Of a DNA stretch of 24,000 nucleotides, positions 8,671-15,585 are shown one piece after another (the first letter of the stretch is position 1; the number at the start of each line of letters is the position of its first letter). The notes under the pieces were generated by a model. The model ran no database searches and was not told the origin of the DNA. It was given only the letters and a program-made list of their open reading frames with translations. A program made the position numbers and the translations under genes. Source of the stretch: Lacticaseibacillus zeae DSM 20178 = KCTC 3804 (GTDB lineage Bacteria; Bacillota; Bacilli; Lactobacillales; Lactobacillaceae); assembly GCF_000260435.1 (NCBI RefSeq), contig NZ_BACQ01000062.1:83330-107329 (forward strand). Reading direction: 5' to 3'.

Positions 8671-8697
8671 ACATTTGTTCAATGGTTGAACAAATGT
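8671..8697. promoter_or_regulatory. perfect 12-3-12 palindrome, candidate operator or 5'-UTR hairpin
   Basis: ACATTTGTTCAA TGG TTGAACAAATGT is exactly self-complementary. It lies directly after the candidate -10 and 25 nt before ATG 8723. Confidence 0.55.
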
Positions 8698-8722
8698 CAA
8701 AAACTAAATAGGGGGCATCATT

Positions 8723-9973
8723 ATGACTTTGTACCAGCAGTTGCTAAAGCGCGAACAGGAGAATAACCCAATTAAGGTAGGGGTTATTGGAGCAGGACAA
8801 ATGGGATTTGGCATGATCGCACAAATCGCGGGTATTCCAGGAATGGTCGTTACCGGTATTAGTGACATTAACCTGGAGAATGCACAGAAAGCTAAGGAAG
8901 CATTCTTAGCCAGTTCAAAAAAGCCAAACGAAGTCGTAACTTCAACTGATTTTCGAGAGGTGGTAAATGATCCCAATGTCGAAGTTCTGGTAGATGCAAC
9001 GGGAGTTACTGAGGTAGGAGCTCAACTGGCCCTGGAAACTTTGGTTGCAAAAAAACATTTGGTTCTTTTAAATGTTGAAGTCGATGTCACGATTGGGCCG
9101 TTAATGAAGCGTTTGTATGATACTGCAAACCTTGTTTATACGGGTTCTGATGGGGATGAACCAGCTGTCACAACTGGACTCTTTGAATTTGCAAAATCAA
9201 TGGGCATGAAAGTATTAGTCGCTGGTAAAGGCAAGAACAACAAGAATATCCATGATGCTAATCCCGACACTGCCCGTTCAGAAGCAGAAGGAAAACACAT
9301 GTCGCCGCATATGTTAGCAGCATTTCAAGATGGTACTAAGACGATGGCGGAGATGACACTTCTCTCGAATGCAACTGGCCTTGTTCCGGATATTACAGGA
9401 ATGCATGGTATTTCTGGTGACCTTGATCAAACCGTTGAAAAGCTTGACTTGAAAGAGGACGGAGGTGCCTTAAATAATTTTGGTGTTGTAGAGTATGTTA
9501 ATGGTATTGCACCGGGCGTGTTTGTCATTGTGGAAGGACAAAACGACGGTGTAAAAAATGAAATGAATTATTTACTGAAAAAAGGCGAACGCAAACACCA
9601 TATTCTTTATCGGCCATTCCACTTAGCATCACTAGAAACTCCATTAACGATTGCTAAAGCAGTTTTAAATCATGATCACGCCATTGTGCCAATTGGGGCA
9701 CCTGTTTCAGAAACAATTGCAGTTGCTAAACGTGATATTAAGTCAGGAGAAACAATTGACGGAATTGGCGGCTTCTCAGTTCGCGGTGTTATTGAAAGAC
9801 ACGATGAATTTGTCAGCAACCATCATGTGCCAGTTGGGTTGATCACTGGCAATACAGTTGCTTTACAGGACATTAAGAAAAACACGCCTTTGACGACAGA
9901 TGCAGTTAGTCTGGATAGTAATGCAACCGTTGTTAAGTTGCGAGCATTGCAAGACGAGATATTTCCAAATTAA
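8723..9973 (+). CDS. NAD(P)-binding oxidoreductase with C-terminal SAF domain (homoserine-dehydrogenase-like, COG4091-type)
   Basis: N-terminal Rossmann motif KVGVIGAGQMGFGM. C-terminal SAF-like segment AVAKRDIKSGETIDGIGG. 416 aa, with an RBS-like GGGGG before the ATG. Confidence 0.8.
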   Translation: MTLYQQLLKREQENNPIKVGVIGAGQMGFGMIAQIAGIPGMVVTGISDINLENAQKAKEAFLASSKKPNEVVTSTDFREVVNDPNVEVLVDATGVTEVGAQLALETLVAKKHLVLLNVEVDVTIGPLMKRLYDTANLVYTGSDGDEPAVTTGLFEFAKSMGMKVLVAGKGKNNKNIHDANPDTARSEAEGKHMSPHMLAAFQDGTKTMAEMTLLSNATGLVPDITGMHGISGDLDQTVEKLDLKEDGGALNNFGVVEYVNGIAPGVFVIVEGQNDGVKNEMNYLLKKGERKHHILYRPFHLASLETPLTIAKAVLNHDHAIVPIGAPVSETIAVAKRDIKSGETIDGIGGFSVRGVIERHDEFVSNHHVPVGLITGNTVALQDIKKNTPLTTDAVSLDSNATVVKLRALQDEIFPN

Positions 9974-10042
9974 AGAAAACTGAGTAAACTAAAATGAGAG
10001 CGCTTACTAACTGCTCGGTATATTTAAATTGGAGGTATAGTC

Positions 10043-10405
10043 ATGCGAACGAAAGTAGTATCAATAGGGGCCGATGCGTCAGAACTTATTGAGGGCGGAA
10101 TCATCGTACTATTTAATCCTTCTGCACCTGATGAGTTAAAGGACATTGCGGTTCTACATGAACGAGAAGACACGGATATAGATGTATTGCACGAAGGTGG
10201 CATTATACAATTTGGGGATCAGAAATATGTGATCGATTTTGTTGGGAATGAGGCTAACGCTAATTTCAACACACTCGGGCATCTAGCCATTTATGTGAAT
10301 AACAAAGATGAAGATACAGGGCAATTACCAGGATCCGTCTTTGTTTCATCGAAAGATGGTGGTTATCCGAATATTAAGGTCGGTCAGGAGATCCTAATTG
10401 CCTAA
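10043..10405 (+). CDS. PTS EIIA component, glucitol/sorbitol (SrlB/GutA) family
   Basis: 120 aa. TLGHLAI corresponds to the phospho-His region (LGHVTL) of E. coli SrlB as I recall it, and LPGSV is also shared. RBS is GGAGG. Confidence 0.85.
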   Translation: MRTKVVSIGADASELIEGGIIVLFNPSAPDELKDIAVLHEREDTDIDVLHEGGIIQFGDQKYVIDFVGNEANANFNTLGHLAIYVNNKDEDTGQLPGSVFVSSKDGGYPNIKVGQEILIA

Positions 10406-10441
10406 TTTCACGCACATGGGTTAGACAAGGAGGGAAAGTTA

Positions 10442-11026
10442 ATGCAAGTATTAACTGATATTGCAACAGGGTTTATCGGACTCTTTAATGCTGGGGGAAA
10501 AGTTTTTCTCAGTTATATGACGGGGATTATCCCGTTACTAATAGCGCTGATTACTGCGATTAATGCGTTAGTCAAGTTTATTGGAGAAGGACGAGTCAAT
10601 AATGCGATGAGCAAGTTGACAAAATTCGCTATTTTACGGTACACACTTTTACCGATTTTGGCAGTTTTCTTTTTTACCAATCCGATGTGTTACACGGCAG
10701 GACGTTTCTTGCCGGAAAAGTACAAACCCGCCTATTACGATTCTTGTGTGTCTTTTTTACATCCAGTTACTGGATTGTTTCCACACGCAAACTCGGCAGA
10801 GTTATTTGTCTTCTTAGGGATTGCTAATGGATTTGTTAAAGCTGGTGGTCAACAGGCTAAGTTAGCACTACTTTATGCCTTGACAGGAATAGTGGTGATC
10901 TTTATTCGTGGTCTTGTGACTGAACGACTTAGTCTTTACTTCTTTAAACGGAATGGCAATACAAGCATCTTGGATGGGTCGCTTGACATTAACAGTCTCA
11001 AAAAGAACGATGCACAGGAGGCCTAG
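10442..11026 (+). CDS. PTS EIIC component, glucitol/sorbitol (SrlA) family
   Basis: Shared blocks with SrlA: FIGLFNAGGKVF, GIIPLLIALITAINAL, RFLPEKYKPAYYDS, GLFPHANSAELFVFLGIA. RBS is AAGGAGGG. Confidence 0.85.
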   Translation: MQVLTDIATGFIGLFNAGGKVFLSYMTGIIPLLIALITAINALVKFIGEGRVNNAMSKLTKFAILRYTLLPILAVFFFTNPMCYTAGRFLPEKYKPAYYDSCVSFLHPVTGLFPHANSAELFVFLGIANGFVKAGGQQAKLALLYALTGIVVIFIRGLVTERLSLYFFKRNGNTSILDGSLDINSLKKNDAQEA

Positions 11027-11028
11027 CT

Positions 11029-12111
11029 ATGGCTGAATTCAAGAGTGTGACAATCAAGAAGGGTAATCACGGTTGGGGCGGTCCTTTGACAGTCAAGCCG
11101 GATAAGGAAAAGAAGTATGTCATCAGCGTAACCGGCGGCGGGATAGATCCTGTTGCGCAAAAGATTGCAGATCTCACTGGAGCAGAGGTGGTTGACGCAT
11201 TCAAAAACCCAGTGCCCAAGGAGCAAACATTTGCGGCGGTTATTGATTGTGGGGGTACTGCGCGTAGTGGTGTTTATCCAAAGATGGGGATTCCAACCAT
11301 TAATACGATTGCTATTACGCCTGCGGGACCGCTTGCCAAATTTATTAAAGATTCAATTTTTGTTTCAGGTGTAACAGCGGACGACATTGAAGGAAATACT
11401 GGCAATTCAGCTGAAGCAGTTCCAGAGGATGCGTCTAGAAAGCCTGAGGAATCTTTTCAAACAAGAGAGACGAGTCAGTCAGACCAACAGAGGGGAACAA
11501 CTAATGCTGATCCCACTTTAGAAAGGGAGTTCTCAAGTCAAGAAAAGACTAATGGCAAATCCCAAAACGCAAATAAAGAAAACTTCTTTATGAGAATGAT
11601 TGACGCAGTTGGAAGTGTCGCGGGGGATTTCGTAAACACATTCTACCAAGCGGGACGCGATACAATTGACACGCTGATCAAGAATGTTTTGCCTTTCATG
11701 GCCTTTGTTGCTACGTTGGTTGGTATTATTAATTACTCGGGAATCGGTAAAATCTTAGCTAATATCTTAAGCCCGTTAGCTGGGAATATCATCGGGTTAG
11801 TTGTGCTGAGCTTGATCTGTGCTTTACCTTTCCTGTCACCAATTCTTGGGCCTGCAGGGGTTATCGCTGCAGTTGTTGGCACGCTTATTGGCCAACAAAT
11901 CGCAACGGGTATTGTACCGGTACAGTTAGCGCTTCCAGCATTATTTGCAATTGACTCGCAAGTTGGGGCAGACTTTATCCCAGTTGGATTGACACTTGGC
12001 GAGGCGCAACCAGAGACTATTTCATCAGGCGCTCCCGCAATTTTATTTTCTCGATTAATTACGGCACCTATTGCGGTTTTGATCGCATATGCAGTATCTT
12101 TCCTCCTTTAG
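11029..12111 (+). CDS. PTS EIIBC component, glucitol/sorbitol (SrlE) family, with an expanded hydrophilic linker
   Basis: Shared blocks with SrlE: GNHGWGGPL, VIDCGGTARSGVYPK, GRDTIDTLIKNVLPFMAFV, LPFLSPILGP, ALPALFAIDSQVGADFIPVGL. RBS is AGGAGG. Confidence 0.85.
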   Translation: MAEFKSVTIKKGNHGWGGPLTVKPDKEKKYVISVTGGGIDPVAQKIADLTGAEVVDAFKNPVPKEQTFAAVIDCGGTARSGVYPKMGIPTINTIAITPAGPLAKFIKDSIFVSGVTADDIEGNTGNSAEAVPEDASRKPEESFQTRETSQSDQQRGTTNADPTLEREFSSQEKTNGKSQNANKENFFMRMIDAVGSVAGDFVNTFYQAGRDTIDTLIKNVLPFMAFVATLVGIINYSGIGKILANILSPLAGNIIGLVVLSLICALPFLSPILGPAGVIAAVVGTLIGQQIATGIVPVQLALPALFAIDSQVGADFIPVGLTLGEAQPETISSGAPAILFSRLITAPIAVLIAYAVSFLL

Positions 12112-12179
12112 AAAGTGGAGTTTTCAATACTTGGTATGCATGACTTGGCATATACGTGGTAAAAGCATGAGTAAGATAT

Positions 12180-12245
12180 AAGTCTTTACAAGGGAAGGAT
12201 CTCGCTGTTGCCGAGAAATTTTCTCTTGCAAAGACTTTTCCTGTT
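12180..12245 (+). terminator. long imperfect hairpin plus T-tract between the EIIBC gene and gutM (internal terminator or attenuator candidate)
   Basis: AAGTCTTTACAAG (12180-12192) pairs with CTTGCAAAGACTT (12225-12237) with one mismatch. There is an inner TCTCG/CGAGA stem, and TTTTCCTGTTT follows. Confidence 0.4.
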
Positions 12246-12260
12246 TGCAACTAAGAGGAG

Positions 12261-12632
12261 GTGAAGGATTTGGAAGGCATTCTGTTTATGGTTTTCTTGT
12301 TGGCCATTGTTATTGGTAAACAGATCATAGGTATTGTCAATTCTCAAATGTATGTGCGAGAATATAAACGTATGGTTAATGGGCAACAATCGGGACGTTT
12401 TGGCGTAGGTGTTTACCGCCCAAAGATGGGTGTTGGCGAAGTTTGCTTCATTATTATTGATGATGGCAGGATTAAACAGTGTAAGATTCTTAGAGGGCTT
12501 TCGATTTTTGCAAAATTTCGTGACTATGAAACAGTTCTTGAAACAAAGGTTAGTGACGAGAAACTTTTAAACGATCGACACTCTAAGTCAATCCAAGCAG
12601 CCATTCAGCATGCTTGTGCAGCAGGAAGATAA
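12261..12632 (+). CDS. gutM: glucitol operon activator GutM-like protein
   Basis: An N-terminal hydrophobic segment is followed by GRFGVGVYRP...IIIDDGRIKQCKILRGLSIFAKF, which parallels E. coli GutM (GRVGVGRSSGRF...GLTVFARP) as I recall it. The start is uncertain: GTG 12261, TTG 12270 or ATG 12288. Confidence 0.75.
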   Translation: MKDLEGILFMVFLLAIVIGKQIIGIVNSQMYVREYKRMVNGQQSGRFGVGVYRPKMGVGEVCFIIIDDGRIKQCKILRGLSIFAKFRDYETVLETKVSDEKLLNDRHSKSIQAAIQHACAAGR

Positions 12633-12647
12633 TTAGGAGAGTGGGCC

Positions 12648-13595
12648 ATGGCTCAGGAACCAACTGATCAATCGTTAATTTTGAAAGTTGCAATATTGTA
12701 TTATGAACGCAATTACACGCAGGAAGAAGTTGCGACTAAAATTGGAGTCTCACGGCCAGCAATTTCTAAGTTACTTCATGAAGCACGTGAACTAGGTTTA
12801 GTTAAATTCTTTATTCAGGATATTAACAAACACGTCGTTGAGCTTGAAGTTGAACTGCAAGAAAGATATGGCTTGACTAATGTTAAAGTTGTATCGACTG
12901 ATAACGATCGGACAAATGAGGCAATCCAAATGCAAGTTGGCCAGCTTTCGGCAAAGTATCTTGCTTCTTTGGTCACAAAAGTGAAGACAATCGGCATTGG
13001 ATGGGGGCATGCGGTCTCACAATTAGTGGAGCAGGCGGATTATTTGACGGCACCTCATGTAACAGTTGTCCCATTAATCGGAGGCTTGGGATTAGTCAAT
13101 TTGGAAATACACTCCAATTATTTGGTTGCTGAGTTGGCCATGAAATTACACGCTCGGTACACAACTTTTTATGCACCCGTCATTGCTGATTCTGCTACTG
13201 AAGCGGAAGAGTTGAAGAAGTCATCTCTGGTCTCATCAGCCATAGATGCCGCAAAGAATGTTGATGCGGTTTTTATTGGTATTGGGAACAATGTTAGAGA
13301 TTCAACTTGGGCCGATCTTGGCTATATTACAGATGACGAAATCAAAGAGCTGGAACAAGCCAATGCTATTGGGGATGTTGTGGCAAACTTTATCGATCCA
13401 AATTGCCATGAGGTTGAGACGGAATTTTCTAAAAGATTAATTGGGATCAGCATTGATGATCTTCGAAAGATCCCCAATGTTGTTGCTATGGCTGTAGGCC
13501 CCGCCAAAACTGCAAGTTTAAAGACGTTGTTGGAGCATAAGTTGATTAATTCATTATTTATTGACCAAGACCTGGCAGAGACAATATTAAAATAG
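12648..13595 (+). CDS. SorC/DeoR-type sugar-binding transcriptional regulator
   Basis: N-terminal HTH (ILKVAILYYERNYTQEEVATKIGVSRPAISKLLHEARELGLV) followed by a CggR/SorC-like sugar-phosphate-binding domain. RBS is AGGAGAG. Confidence 0.85.
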   Translation: MAQEPTDQSLILKVAILYYERNYTQEEVATKIGVSRPAISKLLHEARELGLVKFFIQDINKHVVELEVELQERYGLTNVKVVSTDNDRTNEAIQMQVGQLSAKYLASLVTKVKTIGIGWGHAVSQLVEQADYLTAPHVTVVPLIGGLGLVNLEIHSNYLVAELAMKLHARYTTFYAPVIADSATEAEELKKSSLVSSAIDAAKNVDAVFIGIGNNVRDSTWADLGYITDDEIKELEQANAIGDVVANFIDPNCHEVETEFSKRLIGISIDDLRKIPNVVAMAVGPAKTASLKTLLEHKLINSLFIDQDLAETILK

Positions 13596-13678
13596 CAATC
13601 AGGAGAACAAATTCACAGAGAATATTGTTCATTACAAGCTTTATGTCTTTACCTAATTGTTTTGTGACAGCATCAGAT

Positions 13679-13715
13679 GCGGTGAGATTGTGACGATCTT
13701 GCCGCTCTTTATTTG
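13679..13715 (+). terminator. rho-independent terminator after module B
   Basis: GCGGTGAGAT pairs with ATCTTGCCGC (10 bp including two G-U pairs) across the 7-nt loop TGTGACG, then TCTTTATTTG. Confidence 0.55.
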
Positions 13716-13778
13716 TAAACCTCAACCATATCAAAAGGACGACTGAGCATCTGTGTAAAACAAATAATGAAGATTTAG

Positions 13779-13807
13779 TTGACTAAGCTTATGCAAGGGC
13801 TTACAAT
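13779..13807 (+). promoter_or_regulatory. near-consensus SigA promoter for module C
   Basis: TTGACT (13779-13784), a 17-nt spacer, then TACAAT (13802-13807). Confidence 0.6.
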
Positions 13808-13821
13808 GTGCATGTAAATTA

Positions 13822-13843
13822 AATATACGGAAAACCGTATATT
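13822..13843. promoter_or_regulatory. perfect 9-4-9 inverted repeat, candidate operator (YhfZ-type repressor site)
   Basis: AATATACGG AAAA CCGTATATT lies just downstream of the predicted transcription start and 19 nt before ATG 13862. Confidence 0.5.
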
Positions 13844-13861
13844 CATCTGGGAGTGCTACAA

Positions 13862-14776
13862 ATGCGGGCTTATCAATACCAAAAAAAGGGACTGGCGCTT
13901 ATCTTCTTAGCAAAGAAATTCTTTGTTTTGAAGGTTGGTGATCGAATACCCACAGTGACAGAAATGATCAATGAGTCTGGCTTATCACGTGGCACGATTC
14001 AAGCAGGACTTGAACTAATGAAGGACGATGGTGCTATTTCGACGGTTTCCAAGGGTCATCTTGGATCCTTTTTAGTGACCCAAGATCAAGACAAACTTCT
14101 GTCCTATCTAGATTACCGTAGTGTTGTGTGTGCTATGCCACTCCCGTACACCAAGCATTATGAAGGCTTAGGAACAGGTCTTTATAGTGCCTTTAAGAAT
14201 CAAAAAATGGGATTAAATATTGCGTATGTAAACGGCTCGGTTAACCGTTTAGAAGGGCTGAAACGGAATCGCTATGATTTCATCATTGCTTCGGCTCTCA
14301 CTGCTGATTATTTGGTTGAGCGTCATGATGTTGATGTCGTTGGCGTTATGCCTGAAGGATCATATGTGTCAAAGCACGTTATCGTGTATAGAGGCGGTCA
14401 CAATTTTAGGATGCGTGACGGATTAAGAATTGGGATTGATTCGCACTCACTTGATTATAAGCTGATGACCAACAAGATTTTGGAGAAACATAGAGTAAAG
14501 TTAGTTGAATCCCCTTATAACCAAATCGTTCAGCGAATTGTTTCAGGTGAGATTGACGCGGCTATTTGGAACCTTGATGAGGTGAAGTCAAAAAACTACC
14601 CACTGAGTTATCAGTTAATCAATGACCCAATGGTTAAAAGGGCATCCCAGGCCGCTATTTTGTGTGTTAAGGGAAATGAGTTTGTTAAGAGAGTCATTGG
14701 TGATTACGTTGACTTTAAGGAAGTGACAGCTATTCAAAAACAAGTTATTTCAGGTGAAGTTTTGCCAGAATATTAA
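13862..14776 (+). CDS. yhfZ: YhfZ-like putative transcriptional regulator (N-terminal wHTH plus ligand-binding-like domain)
   Basis: About 300 aa, first gene of a yhf-type cluster. HTH-like segment IPTVTEMINESGLSRGTIQAGLELMKDDGAIS. ATG 13862 lies 8 nt after GGGAG, and the track start GTG 13853 overlaps that RBS. The assignment rests mainly on size and synteny. Confidence 0.7.
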   Translation: MRAYQYQKKGLALIFLAKKFFVLKVGDRIPTVTEMINESGLSRGTIQAGLELMKDDGAISTVSKGHLGSFLVTQDQDKLLSYLDYRSVVCAMPLPYTKHYEGLGTGLYSAFKNQKMGLNIAYVNGSVNRLEGLKRNRYDFIIASALTADYLVERHDVDVVGVMPEGSYVSKHVIVYRGGHNFRMRDGLRIGIDSHSLDYKLMTNKILEKHRVKLVESPYNQIVQRIVSGEIDAAIWNLDEVKSKNYPLSYQLINDPMVKRASQAAILCVKGNEFVKRVIGDYVDFKEVTAIQKQVISGEVLPEY

Positions 14777-14812
14777 AAAGCAGCTGAAGACATTTTTGGG
14801 AGGTGAGACAAT

Positions 14813-15163
14813 GTGACTGATGAAACTGCTAGAAAACTGCAGATTTTATACGATGTAGGCAAGCTTAATAAGGAGGATCTTGCGTTCATTCGATCGGTGG
14901 ACCAGTATCTTGTTCAAGCGATCGGCGAAACTGACTCTGAGATGTTTCTGATACACCTATCTGTTGCTTTAGAACGAAGTCGCAAACAAGAATCGGTTGA
15001 TGCTTTACCAAATGATCTTTGGTCACAAGTAAAGACCGCTCCAGAATACCAGAGAGCCTTGGCCATCTGGAACCACGTAGCGTCATTTCGTCCAGTTGAT
15101 TTTTCGAATTTAGAAACACGATATATAATGTTGCATTTGGTTAACATCTTAAGGAGAGGATAG
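14813..15163 (+). CDS. yhfY: YhfY-like stand-alone PRD-domain protein
   Basis: 116 aa with PRD-like His contexts (FLIHLSVALERSR and IMLHLVNIL). GTG start lies 9 nt after GGGAGG. Size and position match E. coli YhfY. Confidence 0.7.
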   Translation: MTDETARKLQILYDVGKLNKEDLAFIRSVDQYLVQAIGETDSEMFLIHLSVALERSRKQESVDALPNDLWSQVKTAPEYQRALAIWNHVASFRPVDFSNLETRYIMLHLVNILRRG

Positions 15164-15164
15164 C

Positions 15165-15527
15165 ATGACCAGAATTGTTATTGGCGGACAAATGGGTAAG
15201 GACGAATTAAAAAAATCGCTTGAAAAGCTAACGGCAGGAAAAGATGTTGAAATTAGTGTTAAGAGTGATCTTGATGCTGCTATGGCGGTAAAAGACAAAA
15301 AGGCCGACTTTTATATTGGGGCTTGTGAAACTGGCGCTGGGGGAGCACTCGCAATGGCAACTGCGCTGTTAGGATCAGACAAGACGTTGACGGTTGCTTC
15401 TCCATCAAAAATCTTGTCAGAGGAAGATATCAAAGAGGGAATTGATAACGGGAAGGTCGCCTTTGGCTTTACAATTAACACAAAAGACACAATCTTACCT
15501 ATTCTTGCTAAGTTTTTAATAAAGTGA
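15165..15527 (+). CDS. yhfU: YhfU-like protein (DUF2620)
   Basis: 120 aa. FYIGACETGAGGALAMA matches the YIGACNTGAGAAL block I recall in E. coli YhfU. The ATG lies 1 nt after the yhfY stop, preceded by AAGGAGAGG. Confidence 0.8.
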   Translation: MTRIVIGGQMGKDELKKSLEKLTAGKDVEISVKSDLDAAMAVKDKKADFYIGACETGAGGALAMATALLGSDKTLTVASPSKILSEEDIKEGIDNGKVAFGFTINTKDTILPILAKFLIK

Positions 15528-15585
15528 AGTTTAAACTATAAGTCAATATACAGTATTTAGTATATTGAAAAAGGAGGGACCAAAA

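Noticed and set aside
8437-8700. 87-aa minus-strand ORF in the 421-nt spacer between modules A and B. A 46-codon open + frame (8443..8583) reads ...KFIPPHACNLVTKWQKALKYLDQFDQNLRNAINTVIFL
   Set aside because: The minus-strand ORF is F/L/K-rich and runs through the predicted promoter, cre box and palindrome. The + frame has no start codon or RBS. It might be a relic of a lost gene, but I cannot support that from sequence alone.
9995-10008. cre-like sequence TGAGAGCGCTTACT between the dehydrogenase gene and the EIIA gene
   Set aside because: It has two mismatches, one at a terminal conserved position, and it lies inside an operon with no nearby promoter. It is too weak to call.
12068-12389. Two minus-strand ORFs (12068..12250 and 12186..12389) across the EIIBC-gutM spacer
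   Set aside because: They overlap the hairpin, the gutM RBS and the gutM coding start. They have no RBS and no recognisable features.
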